From: Deltaproteobacteria bacterium | Lineage (GTDB): Bacteria > Myxococcota_A > UBA9042 > PHBI01 | NCBI GenBank assembly: GCA_011526585.1 | Contig: WYBB01000243.1 | Span: forward strand, 16,495 to 80,494 | Direction: 5' to 3' | DNA: 64,000 nt | Part shown: positions 9,198 through 18,699 of the stretch, piece after piece | How positions within the stretch are numbered: the first letter of the stretch is position 1 | Layout of the letters: each line of letters opens with the position of its first letter | Notes under the pieces: model-generated | Databases searched by the model: none | Told to the model about the DNA's origin: nothing | Seen by the model: only the letters and a program-made list of their open reading frames with translations | Position numbers and translations under genes: made by a program

Positions 9198-9976
9198 CGC
9201 AGCGGCTCCAACCTGAGCGTCAGCGCCACCGGGTGCGCCAGGTGCAGCGCCTCTCCCGGCGCCCACGCGAGCGGCGTGCGCGCGGGCAGCGCCTCCCCGT
9301 CCGGCGCGCTGCGCGTCCCGTTCTTCGAGCCGACGTCGAACGCCACCACGCGCCCCTCCTGCACGTCGAGCTCGAGGTGTTGCCACGACACCTGGTCGAG
9401 CCGTACCACCACGTGCGACGCCGGATCCCGCCCCACGATCACCCGCGCCCCGCTCGGCAGCGGCACGAGCCCCGCGCCGTGCCCCGGCGCCTCCCACGCG
9501 AGCCCCCACGCCGCCCACGCCGGGTCCACCCCCGGCCCCAGGTGCACGATCCCCGGCGCCGCCGGCGCCGCCGCCCGCACACCTCCACCCGCCGTGCCTC
9601 CCTCACGCGCCGCGCGAGCCACCACCTCCGGGCCTCGCTCTCCGAGCGTGCCTTCTTCGTCCTCGTCCGCGCTCACCTCCACCACCGCCGCCGTCGCCTC
9701 GAGCGCCGCGCGCGGCACCCAGCGCGGCGCCGCCGCCACCAGCCGCCGCCACGCCGCCCACGCCAGGAGCGCCGCCCCCACGAGCGCCCCCGGCAGATAC
9801 AGCGCGAACCCCGCCGGCCCCGCCGCCGCCTCGCTCCCGAGCAGCGCCCGCCCGAGCCCGGTCGCCACCGCCGCGCACCACGCGACGCAGACGACGATCC
9901 CCACCGTCGCGATCGCCCCCGCCGGCCGCCCGCCCTGCGCGCCGCCCGCCTCGCCGGTCACGCCTTCGCCCCTCAC
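9194..9976 (-). CDS. Membrane protein with C-terminal FHA domain
   Basis: Two N-terminal TM helices; FHA motifs VIVGRD, VSWQH, DVGSKNGT; GTG start overlapping the upstream TGA. Confidence 0.85.
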   Translation of the reverse strand: MRGEGVTGEAGGAQGGRPAGAIATVGIVVCVAWCAAVATGLGRALLGSEAAAGPAGFALYLPGALVGAALLAWAAWRRLVAAAPRWVPRAALEATAAVVEVSADEDEEGTLGERGPEVVARAAREGGTAGGGVRAAAPAAPGIVHLGPGVDPAWAAWGLAWEAPGHGAGLVPLPSGARVIVGRDPASHVVVRLDQVSWQHLELDVQEGRVVAFDVGSKNGTRSAPDGEALPARTPLAWAPGEALHLAHPVALTLRLEPLR

Positions 9977-10224
9977 CGCGCCCTCCCGGTCAAGGACGGC
10001 TGCGTGCCGATGTGCGGCGCCGGTCTCACCTCCTCGGGCGCGACGACCTCGGCGCCCGGCCCACCGACCAGGCTCGGGCGCGTCGGCGTGCGCGCCCCCA
10101 ACCGCGGCGCGCCGCTGACCTTGCCGTGCGCATCCACGTCGAGCGGGCACTCCGGGTGGGCGCAGCGCTCACCCGCCGCCCGCGCCGGCGGTTCGTCCAG
10201 GCAGTAGCGACACAGCCCCAGCAT
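9973..10224 (-). CDS. Small putative Zn-finger protein (83 aa)
   Basis: MLGLCRYCLDE...RCAHPECP; TGATG coupling to the upstream gene, GGAGG upstream; fills the operon gap exactly. Confidence 0.6.
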   Translation of the reverse strand: MLGLCRYCLDEPPARAAGERCAHPECPLDVDAHGKVSGAPRLGARTPTRPSLVGGPGAEVVAPEEVRPAPHIGTQPSLTGRAR

Positions 10225-10718
10225 CAGCGCGCCTCCTCGTCCACCGGCGACCACGCCAGCCACGGGTCCGCCGAGCGCCCGCGCACGATGACCTCCAGCG
10301 CCGCGCCGGGCCTCAGCCCCGCCAGCACCCCGCCGACCGCGCCCGCCACCGCCGCGCTCCCACCCGCCGGCGCGCCGACCAGCAAGCCCACCGCCACCGC
10401 CACGCCCAGCGCCGCCGCGAGCGGCACGCGCCGCGCCGGCACGATCAACATCTGGCTCGCCGACCCCGCGACGAACGCCGCGAGCCCGAGCTGGATCTCG
10501 ACGAACGCCGCCTCCGCCCCGAGCACCCGCGCGTGCAGCGCCGCGGCGATCGCCAGGAAGCACCCACACCACGCGCGCCGCCGGTCCGCCTCCACGTCGA
10601 GCAGCGTCACCGCCCAGAGCCCGCCGATCAGCGCCAGCATCGGCACGCGCAGCGCTTCGACCTGCAGCGCCACGTAGCCCGCGTACGCGTGCGCGCCCGC
10701 CATCGCCGCGGCGCTCAC
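10224..10718 (-). CDS. Small multi-pass membrane protein
   Basis: 164 aa from GTG 10718 (GTGA overlap); about 4-5 hydrophobic segments. Confidence 0.65.
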   Translation of the reverse strand: MSAAAMAGAHAYAGYVALQVEALRVPMLALIGGLWAVTLLDVEADRRRAWCGCFLAIAAALHARVLGAEAAFVEIQLGLAAFVAGSASQMLIVPARRVPLAAALGVAVAVGLLVGAPAGGSAAVAGAVGGVLAGLRPGAALEVIVRGRSADPWLAWSPVDEEAR

Positions 10719-11479
10719 GGTCGCGCCTCCGCGTGTGTCGCCAGGTGCTCGGCCAGACGCCCGCCGATCGCCCCGCTGAAGCTCCCCTGCACGAGCGCCC
10801 GAGCGCGCCCGTCGCCCCCGAACAAGAGCGTCTGCGGCAACGCCCCCGGCTCGCCGCGCCCCGCCAGGACCGGCGCCGTCGCCTCGCTCCAGGCGCCGTC
10901 CGGATCCGCCCGCAGCATCACCGCCGGCAGCGCCTGCGAGACCGGCTCGACCTCGGCGAGCATGTCCTCGACCACCGCCATGAGCGACTCCGGCCCCGCG
11001 ACCTCGTCGAGCACGACCAGCACCAGCGCGACCCCACGCTCGCGCGAGAACCCGAAGAGCGCCGGCAGCTCGTCCGCGCAAGGCGCACACCACGACGCGA
11101 TCAACGCGACCAGCGTCGCCTCGCTCGCCGAGAAGCGCGCCGCGCTCGTCGCCCCCGTCGCCACCTCCAACGCCATGCGATCGCGCGGTACCTCGAAGCG
11201 CGCGAGCGCCGCCGCCTCCTCGATCACGATCGCGTCACGCTCATCTTCCGGCTCCGACTCCGCGCTCGGACCCGACCCCTGCACCACCGGCGTCGCCGCG
11301 CCCGCCTGCTCGGGGCTCGCCGCCCGCTCCGCGCTCACCTCGGGCGCGCGCGCCGCCACCTCGCGCGCGTTCGCGCCGCCGCCCGCGCCCCGCACCCCGA
11401 CGTCGGAGGGCCTGGCGATCGCGATCACCAGACCCACGCCGAGGATCGCAACCGTCGTCGGGGCGGGCACTCCGGGCAT
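10715..11479 (-). CDS. TlpA/ResA-like thioredoxin-fold protein with N-terminal anchor
   Basis: IASWCAPCADELP (WCxxC) and ALPQTLLF (cis-Pro loop); N-terminal hydrophobic segment; GGGAG RBS. Confidence 0.85.
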   Translation of the reverse strand: MPGVPAPTTVAILGVGLVIAIARPSDVGVRGAGGGANAREVAARAPEVSAERAASPEQAGAATPVVQGSGPSAESEPEDERDAIVIEEAAALARFEVPRDRMALEVATGATSAARFSASEATLVALIASWCAPCADELPALFGFSRERGVALVLVVLDEVAGPESLMAVVEDMLAEVEPVSQALPAVMLRADPDGAWSEATAPVLAGRGEPGALPQTLLFGGDGRARALVQGSFSGAIGGRLAEHLATHAEARP

Positions 11480-11611
11480 GATCTCCCTGGAGCCTCTTCG
11501 CGCGTCGACGGCGTCTTCGGCCCCACGCCCCGAACCAGCGAGCCCCCTCCGCCCATTCCCACGAGCGTCGAGCCACCCTGGCTGGCCCTCGCGACCCGCC
11601 GCTCAGCCGAC

Positions 11612-12127
11612 TCAGCTCACGAAGAGCTCCATCGCCACGTCGTCGAGGTACTGGCCCGGCGCGACCTTCACGCGCCGGCGCCACCGTCCCATCTCGGTGA
11701 AGCCGAACTTGCGGTAGAGCGCCTGCGCGCGCGCATTCGACGAGCGCACGTGGAGCTCGATCTTCTCGACGGCCGGGGCGCTCTTCGCCCACGCGATGAG
11801 ACTGCCGAGCAACGCGCCGCCGACGCCCCGTCCCTGCCACCCGGGGTGCGCGACGAGGGTCAGGTGCACGACGTGTCGCACCGCGGCGAGCGCCAGCGGA
11901 TCGAGCAGGCCGTGACCGACGATGCGCCCCTCCGCCTCCGCCACGAGGTAGCGCCCGTTGTCGGCGTGCGCGAGCGCCGCGATCTTCTGCGCGAAGCGCT
12001 CGTGCACGAGCTCGTGTGGCTGGGACACGAGGAGCCCCGGCGTCTCGGCGATCGCGCGCTCCGCTTGCGCCAGCGCGGGCGCGTCCTCCACCTGTGCGGA
12101 TCGGATCGTCAGCTCTGGGTCGTGCAT
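11612..12127 (-). CDS. GNAT family N-acetyltransferase
   Basis: HPGWQGRGVGGALL (acetyl-CoA motif) and NARAQALYRKFGF. Confidence 0.92.
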   Translation of the reverse strand: MHDPELTIRSAQVEDAPALAQAERAIAETPGLLVSQPHELVHERFAQKIAALAHADNGRYLVAEAEGRIVGHGLLDPLALAAVRHVVHLTLVAHPGWQGRGVGGALLGSLIAWAKSAPAVEKIELHVRSSNARAQALYRKFGFTEMGRWRRRVKVAPGQYLDDVAMELFVS

Positions 12128-12221
12128 GCGAAAGCGGTAGCGCAACTCGCCTCACGCTGGCAATCCCGCCGGCGCGCGAGGCCCGGGCTGGCCCCGGCAC
12201 CTCGCTGCCATCGTCGCGCGC

Positions 12222-14117
12222 TCACTCCGCGGGCAACGGCCGCAAGCGCGCCGGCTTCGTCGACCACGCCGCGTCCTCGCACGAGACACACCCGAGCCCG
12301 ACATAGAGATCGTAGGTCTCGGGCAGCCCCTCGACCGCCGGCGCCGTCACCTCCGCCGGCGCTGCCCCGCTCGCCGCCTCGACCGCGTGCGTGTAGGCCA
12401 GCGCCCACAGCGCCTGCGCCGCCGTCACGCGCTTTTCCCCCACCGCGAAGACCCCCGGCATGAGCCCCGCCGGCCGCGGCGTCCATGCCGCCTCGCTCGG
12501 GATCGGCGCGCTCGCGATCCCCGCGATCCGCCGCGCCAGCGCTCGGACCTCCTCCGCGGTCAGCGTCACCGCGCGCGCTGCGTCCTCGATCGCGTGCGGC
12601 CCGTAGAAGCGCGTCAGCTCCAGCGTCGCCGGCGCCCCGTCCGCCACAATCGCCCGCGCCAGGAGCCCGATCGCGTCGCGCAGCGAGTAGAACTCCCGCC
12701 CGTCGGACACGTAGCTCGGCGGTCGCTCACCCCAGTACGCTATCACCCAGCGTGCGATCACCTCGAGCTCGTCCGCCGTCACCTCGAAGAGGTCGTCGGG
12801 CGCGGCGATCGCCCGCAGCTCGTCCGGACCGATGAAGCGGCTGCCCGGGTTGGCCGGCATGAAGGTCCCCGCCAGGTACCTGAGCCCCTCCTCCATGTTC
12901 TCATAATTACGAGCGATTTCGGCGGTCGTGTGCACCTGCGTCGGCGGCAGCGCCGGGCTCTCCGGGTGCGCGTAGCCGTACTGGGTCGGGCTCGTCTTCG
13001 CGTAGATGAACTTCGACGCGATCCCGCCGTTGAAGATCCGGATCCGCGTCGTATCGACACCCTCGATGCGCGCGCGCACCGCCTCGGCGCCGTCGTCGAT
13101 CGACGACAGGTGCACGTCGTCGCGCCAGTCGCCGTCGTTGATGCGCAGGGTGTCGCCGACCCAGAAGACCCCGCCCGAGGTCTCGCCGCTGGGCGACAGG
13201 ATCGTCATCAGCTCGCGCACGAGCGGCTCGAAGTCCGAGCCCCCCGGGGCGTGGTCGGAGAAGCCGAAGCCGATCGCCACCTCGGGCGCGCGCCGTCGGA
13301 TCGCCCAGTGCCCGCCGCCATCCTCGAACGGGCCGTTGCCCTCGCCGCCGACGAAGAGCCCCGAGTACACCTGGATCGACCCGAAGGTCTCCTGGATCCG
13401 GACGATCCCGCCCGCGCCCTCCGCCTCACAGTCCCCGCTCGCGAGCTCACGCTCGCAGCTCACCCAATCATCGAACGCCTCGGCGATCGCCTCGAAGCTC
13501 GAGCCTTCGTCGAGCCCGTTCTGCGGTCGGTTCAGATAGGTCGGGTCGTGCTGGCCGTGATAGCCGAAGTGCACGCGCCCCCGCGTCGCGAGCGCGCGCA
13601 GCGACGCGACGATCCCGCCTTCGCCATGGCGCTCGGCGATGGTGCGCGCGTCCGATCCCTGGAACTGCACCGTCCACTCCGGGTGCGTGTCGGGGTAGTC
13701 GCGCGCGATCGCCTCGAGGATCGGCGGAGTCGTGGTGTAGCGCGCCTCGCTGAGCGCGTGATTGAACGGGTCCTCGGTGTGCGTGAACAGGAAGACGTAG
13801 ACCGGTTGCCCGGCCTCGCCCGGCGCGACCAGGTCGGGCACCGGTCCGAGCTCGATCATGCCCGCATCCGCCGCATCCGCCGTATCCTCCGTCGCCGGCG
13901 CATCCTCCGTCGCCGGCGCATCGGTCTCGCCTTCCCCGCCCGCGTCTCCGATCTCCCGCGCGTCGAACCCGCGCCCGTCGAAGGTCTCGCGCACCCCCGC
14001 GTCCTCCACGTCCGCGCGCACGAGCGACGCCTCGACGTCCTCCACCCCGATCGCCGCCTCATCGTCGCACCCGAGCAGCACCCACCCGAGCGCCATCATC
14101 ACCCCGAATCCCCGCAT
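12222..14117 (-). CDS. Uncharacterised lipoprotein, possibly polysaccharide deacetylase/NodB-like fold
   Basis: Lipobox VLLGC after MRGFGVMMALGW; acidic repeat linker; FLFTHTED and FGYHGQH suggest a His/Asp metal site. Fold is inference. Confidence 0.65.
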   Translation of the reverse strand: MRGFGVMMALGWVLLGCDDEAAIGVEDVEASLVRADVEDAGVRETFDGRGFDAREIGDAGGEGETDAPATEDAPATEDTADAADAGMIELGPVPDLVAPGEAGQPVYVFLFTHTEDPFNHALSEARYTTTPPILEAIARDYPDTHPEWTVQFQGSDARTIAERHGEGGIVASLRALATRGRVHFGYHGQHDPTYLNRPQNGLDEGSSFEAIAEAFDDWVSCERELASGDCEAEGAGGIVRIQETFGSIQVYSGLFVGGEGNGPFEDGGGHWAIRRRAPEVAIGFGFSDHAPGGSDFEPLVRELMTILSPSGETSGGVFWVGDTLRINDGDWRDDVHLSSIDDGAEAVRARIEGVDTTRIRIFNGGIASKFIYAKTSPTQYGYAHPESPALPPTQVHTTAEIARNYENMEEGLRYLAGTFMPANPGSRFIGPDELRAIAAPDDLFEVTADELEVIARWVIAYWGERPPSYVSDGREFYSLRDAIGLLARAIVADGAPATLELTRFYGPHAIEDAARAVTLTAEEVRALARRIAGIASAPIPSEAAWTPRPAGLMPGVFAVGEKRVTAAQALWALAYTHAVEAASGAAPAEVTAPAVEGLPETYDLYVGLGCVSCEDAAWSTKPARLRPLPAE

Positions 14118-14307
14118 CTTCACTTCCCCTCGTGTCTCGCGCGCTCGCCCGTCGAGCGCCCGAGCCCCACCAATGCAAGCCCGGATCCACGCCTCCGGTC
14201 CACGCGACATCGACCTCGCGCGCGCGCCCCTGTTCCCCGCGACGACACCAGCGTCTCCCCGAGGAGACACCTCGCCTCGTCGCGCCCCGCCGTGCTACGC
14301 CTCGACC

Positions 14308-15327
14308 GTGTTGCCCGCTGCCTTCATCGAGCGCCTCGCCCAGGTCGTACCCGCCGATCGCCTCGACCCGGTGATCGCCTCCTTCGCGCTCGAAAAGCCC
14401 GCCTGCCTCTGGCTCAACCCGCTCATGGCCGCGCCGGCCGACACGCTCGCCGAGCTCGGCCGCGCCTTCCCCGCCGCGCACTTCACTCCGCTCCTCCCTT
14501 CGGCCGTCGTCGCGCACGACGCCGACCCCGCCGCGCTCGCCCGCGCGCCCGCCGTCACCGAGGGCCGCGCCTACCTCATCAATCCCTCGAGCCTCATCCC
14601 GCCGCTCGCGCTCGCGCCCACCCCAGACGACGCCGTGCTCGATCTCTGCGCCGCGCCCGGCGGCAAGACGCTCCAGCTCGCCGCCGCGCTCGCCTCCGAT
14701 CCCGCGCACCCCGTCACCGGCCACCTCGCCGCGGTCGAGGCGGTCAGGCCGCGCTTCTTCAAGCTGCGCGCGATCCTCGATCGCTACTGCGCCCTGAAGA
14801 ACCCCGGCGTGCGCCTTTTCATGAAGGACGGCCGCGCCGTCGGCGGCGCCGTGCCCGAGCGCTTCGACAAGATCCTCCTCGACGCGCCCTGCTCCTCCGA
14901 GGCGCGCTTCGACGCCGCCGACGCCGACAGCTCCCGCCACTGGAGCCCGCGCAAGGTCGCCGAGTGCGCCCACAAGCAGCGCGCGCTCTTGCGCTCCGCG
15001 CTCGCCGCCCTCAAGGTCGGCGGCACGCTCGTCTATTGCACCTGCAGCTTCTCGCTCGAAGAGAACGAGCACGCCGTCAACGACGTGCTCGCCGAGCTCG
15101 ACGGCGCCGTCGTCCCGATCCCGACCCCAGTACCCGCGCTCGCCCCGGACGCGCCCGCCTCGCAGATCCCCGCGATCCCCGGCCTCGCCGGCCTCACCGC
15201 CGCCTGGCGCATCCTGCCCGACGCCCTCTTCGACGGCTTCTTCCTCGTGCGCCTCGAGAAGCGCGCACCGCTTCCCATGCCCGCGCCGCGCGAAGGTCCC
15301 GCACGCGCCCGCCCGCGTCCACGGTGA
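14308..15327 (+). CDS. RsmB/RsmF (NOL1/NOP2/Sun) family RNA m5C methyltransferase
   Basis: VLDLCAAPGGKT, ILLDAPCS, LVYCTCS..EENE, DGFF. Confidence 0.93.
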   Translation: MLPAAFIERLAQVVPADRLDPVIASFALEKPACLWLNPLMAAPADTLAELGRAFPAAHFTPLLPSAVVAHDADPAALARAPAVTEGRAYLINPSSLIPPLALAPTPDDAVLDLCAAPGGKTLQLAAALASDPAHPVTGHLAAVEAVRPRFFKLRAILDRYCALKNPGVRLFMKDGRAVGGAVPERFDKILLDAPCSSEARFDAADADSSRHWSPRKVAECAHKQRALLRSALAALKVGGTLVYCTCSFSLEENEHAVNDVLAELDGAVVPIPTPVPALAPDAPASQIPAIPGLAGLTAAWRILPDALFDGFFLVRLEKRAPLPMPAPREGPARARPRPR

Positions 15328-15503
15328 TTGTCCATCCGCGGGCGGCCTACGCCGACCCTCTACCGACCTCCGTGGGACGCCGCGGGTAACGTTTCGCGGC
15401 GACCCGGACCGCTCGAGGCAATCCATTGTCGACTCTTCGTCGGCCAACGCGCGTCTGCGTGTTACCCTCTGCCACGACGGAGTCTACCAGAGCGGAGGTA
15501 GCG

Positions 15504-17012
15504 GTGAGACGTACACTCGGGATACAGCTGATGGCATTTCTCTTCAGTGTGAGCTGCGCAGAGCACGTCTCCCCCGACGGCGACCGGGCCACCTCGCGGC
15601 TTGCCATCGCCGTGTCCGCCCTCGAGCTCGAGACCGTCAGCGACGCTTGCTACAATCTGATCGCGCGCAACGGGGCCGGCGACGTCGTGTGGGACCAGAC
15701 CGGAATCTGCGCGGACCAGTTCGGAGATGGCGTCGCCGCGCTCAGCTATGTCGGCTCATGTGACGCGTCTCAGCCGCAGCACACGGTCACCCTCGAGCTC
15801 GTGGGGCTGTATCTCGGAGACGATGGGACCGACCCGATCGACACGGACGCCTACGTCAATCCCTGCCCGGTCGGCGACGGCTGTACCCAGCCGGCGACCT
15901 GCGTCGACAACGCCGACGTCCCCGTCACGTTCACCCTCACGGTCATGCGGCGCGCCAGCCAGGGCTTCTTCGACATCGCCGTCAATTTCAGCGACCTGTT
16001 CTGCTCTGCGAAGTTCGACTGCAAACGCGACGTGGACGGGGTCGAAACACCGCTCCTGCTCGCGTTCGATCCGTCCACGGGCGAGCGCGTCGACACGGCC
16101 GTTCTGGGTCTCGCGTGTACAGGCGGACCGGACAGCGACACCCACGTCTACTTGCAGAACCCGGTCCTCGACTGCGGCAGCCCCGTCGTCATCGACCTCG
16201 GTGGAGCCGAAGCCGGCAACCTCTTCACCAGCTCGGAACCAGCGCCATCGCCGCTGGTCCAGGTCATGACGTTTCGCGGCGTCGAGCTCCTCGAGAGCGG
16301 CGGAGCGAGCGCGGACAAGATCTATTTCAACGTCGCGTTCGGCGTGGACTTCGAGCGGGCGACCGGCCCGTGTACCCTCAGCACGACCGCGACGGTCTCC
16401 TCCGGACCGCTCGAGGACTTCACGACACCAGCCTACTCGGCCTATCCGGTGATCGAGTACCAGATCCCCTTCGTCGGCCCCGACGCGGACGACTTCGCGT
16501 GCGTGCGCTGGCCGCTCGACGGCCCCGACAATGGCCCCGACGCCGGCGTGGCGACCGTCTACCTCGACGCGAACGATCCCCGGACCTTCGATGTCGTCGT
16601 CTTCCAGGAGCCCGACGGCGTTCTCGGCTTCGACACCCGTTGTGTCGGCGGCGATTGTGCGTCGCCGGCCGGCTTGACCTTCGCCGGCTTCGATTGGTAC
16701 CTCGGCGCACCGGGTCAGAACTGCAGCCAGGCCTGCGCCGACCAGGGTCTCGCCTGCGTCGACCTCGTCGCCGCCAACTACGTCGAGGCGAGCTGCTCTC
16801 CCGCGGACTCGATCTGCGCCAACTTCTTCCCGGACCTGCCGTGTGCCGCCGACGGCGACGGCCCTCGGGTCAGCTATGACTACACGTACACCGGGACCGA
16901 GTTCGAGTTCCACGATCCCATCCAGTGCCGCTATCGCAACTGGAACTACCCGGCGATGACGTGCAGCTACTCGGCCGGCGCGACCGTCGCCCACTTCTGC
17001 GCTTGCGAGTGA
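15504..17012 (+). CDS. Cys-rich secreted protein/lipoprotein, hypothetical
   Basis: GTG after GGAGG; FLFSVSC lipobox-like; many Cys; C-terminal WYLGAPGQNCSQACADQGLAC module; looks less GC-rich than its flanks. Confidence 0.75.
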   Translation: MRRTLGIQLMAFLFSVSCAEHVSPDGDRATSRLAIAVSALELETVSDACYNLIARNGAGDVVWDQTGICADQFGDGVAALSYVGSCDASQPQHTVTLELVGLYLGDDGTDPIDTDAYVNPCPVGDGCTQPATCVDNADVPVTFTLTVMRRASQGFFDIAVNFSDLFCSAKFDCKRDVDGVETPLLLAFDPSTGERVDTAVLGLACTGGPDSDTHVYLQNPVLDCGSPVVIDLGGAEAGNLFTSSEPAPSPLVQVMTFRGVELLESGGASADKIYFNVAFGVDFERATGPCTLSTTATVSSGPLEDFTTPAYSAYPVIEYQIPFVGPDADDFACVRWPLDGPDNGPDAGVATVYLDANDPRTFDVVVFQEPDGVLGFDTRCVGGDCASPAGLTFAGFDWYLGAPGQNCSQACADQGLACVDLVAANYVEASCSPADSICANFFPDLPCAADGDGPRVSYDYTYTGTEFEFHDPIQCRYRNWNYPAMTCSYSAGATVAHFCACE

Positions 17013-17084
17013 ACGAGAGCGCCTCGAGCGCAGCGGATCCCGCTTCGGCCGCAACGCGACCGGCGACGTCACCCGCACCCTCGA

Positions 17085-18596
17085 TCAATACGCCCGCGCG
17101 AACACGATCCGCTTCTGCCCGGGGCGCCCGGTGAAGATGCAGGTCCCGAGCTCATCGTTGTCGTCGAGGGGGATGCAGCGCGCGCTCACCTTGAGCTCCT
17201 TCAGGCGCTCGGCGTACGCCGGGTCGTCGGCCGCGAACGCCCACGCGAAGCCGCCCGGCTGGTCCTCGGCGAAGAACGCCTCGAAGTCCGCCGCGCTCTC
17301 GATGCGCACCGTCGCCGCCTCGCGGAACGCCAGCGCCCGCTGATAGAGGTTGTCCTGGATCTCGCCGAGCAGCCCCGCCACGCTCGCGACGAACGCCGCG
17401 CGCCCCATCGCGACCTTGTCCTTGGGCCCCTTGTCGCGCCGCCCCATGAAGACCGCGTCGTTGGCGATGTCGCGCGGCCCGACCTCCAGCCGCACCGGCA
17501 CGCCCCGCTTGATCTGCTCCCAGGTACGCTCGCCGCCGTTCATGTCGCGCGCGTCGACCAGCACACGCACCGGTTCGCCGTCGTAGCGCTGCGCCTTGAG
17601 CTCCGCCTCGAGCGCGCGGCAGTACGCCATCACGCTCGCCTCCTCCTCGGGCTTCCTCCAGATCGGCACGATCACCACGTGCTTGGGCGCCAGCCTGGGC
17701 GGCAGCACCAGCCCGTCGTCGTCGCCGTGGGTCATGATCAGCGCCCCGATGAGCCGCGTCGACACGCCCCACGACGTCGTCCACACGTGCTCCAGCGCGC
17801 CGGTCTTCGTCTGGAACTTGATGTCCTGCGCCTTGGCGAAGTTCTGCCCCAGGAAGTGCGAGGTGCCGGCCTGCAGGGCCTTGTTGTCCTGCATCATCGC
17901 CTCGATCGTGTACGTCTCGACCGCGCCCGGGAAGCGCTCGGCCGCCGTCTTCTTGCCCGGCAGCACCGGCATCGCCATGTACTCGCGCGCGAAGGTCGCG
18001 TAGACCCCGAGCATCCTCTCGGTCTCCTCGATCGCCTCCTCCGCCGTCGCGTGGCAGGTGTGCCCCTCCTGCCACAAGAACTCCGCCGTCCTCAGGAAGA
18101 GGCGCGTGCGCAGCTCCCAGCGCATCACGTTCGCCCACTGGTTGATCAAGAGCGGCAGGTCCCGATAGCTCTGCACCCACTGCGCGAACATCGCCCCGAT
18201 GATCGTCTCCGAGGTCGGCCGGATGATGAACGGCTCCTCCAGCTCACCCGCCGGCACCAGCCCGCCGTCCGGCCCCGCCTCCAACCGGTGGTGCGTCACC
18301 ACCGCGCACTCCTTGGCGAAGCCCTCGACGTGCTCGGCCTCCTTCTCGAGGAAGCTCTTCGGGATCAAGAGCGGGAAGTACGCGTTGACGTGCCCGGTCT
18401 CCTTGAACATCCCGTCCAGCACCTTCTGGATGTTCTCCCAGAGCGCGTAGCCCCACGGCTTGATCACCATGCACCCGCGCACCGGCGAGACCTCGGCCAT
18501 GTCCGCCGCGCGCACGACCTGCTGGTACCACTCCGGGTAGTCGACCGCTCGGGTCGGGGTGATCGCCGTCTTCGCCTGAGCCTGCGGATTTGCCAT
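17085..18596 (-). CDS. proS: Proline--tRNA ligase (archaeal/eukaryote-like type, no INS domain)
   Basis: IRPTSET, QWANVMRWE, FLWQEGHT, LQAGTSHFLGQNF, SWGVSTR and C-terminal FARAY. Confidence 0.97.
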   Translation of the reverse strand: MANPQAQAKTAITPTRAVDYPEWYQQVVRAADMAEVSPVRGCMVIKPWGYALWENIQKVLDGMFKETGHVNAYFPLLIPKSFLEKEAEHVEGFAKECAVVTHHRLEAGPDGGLVPAGELEEPFIIRPTSETIIGAMFAQWVQSYRDLPLLINQWANVMRWELRTRLFLRTAEFLWQEGHTCHATAEEAIEETERMLGVYATFAREYMAMPVLPGKKTAAERFPGAVETYTIEAMMQDNKALQAGTSHFLGQNFAKAQDIKFQTKTGALEHVWTTSWGVSTRLIGALIMTHGDDDGLVLPPRLAPKHVVIVPIWRKPEEEASVMAYCRALEAELKAQRYDGEPVRVLVDARDMNGGERTWEQIKRGVPVRLEVGPRDIANDAVFMGRRDKGPKDKVAMGRAAFVASVAGLLGEIQDNLYQRALAFREAATVRIESAADFEAFFAEDQPGGFAWAFAADDPAYAERLKELKVSARCIPLDDNDELGTCIFTGRPGQKRIVFARAY

Positions 18597-18699
18597 CGTC
18601 GTCGTCCTCGCCGCGTCCTTCACGCGGCGCGTGCTCTACGACGTTTTTCGATCCGCTCCAAGCCTTACCGCGACCGCCTCGTCCCCACGCGCCCGCGCG

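Noticed and set aside
13866-13922. Short tandem repeats here and near 60885-60925
   Set aside because: In-frame lipoprotein linker repeats (APATED, AELDG); no spacers, so not CRISPR.
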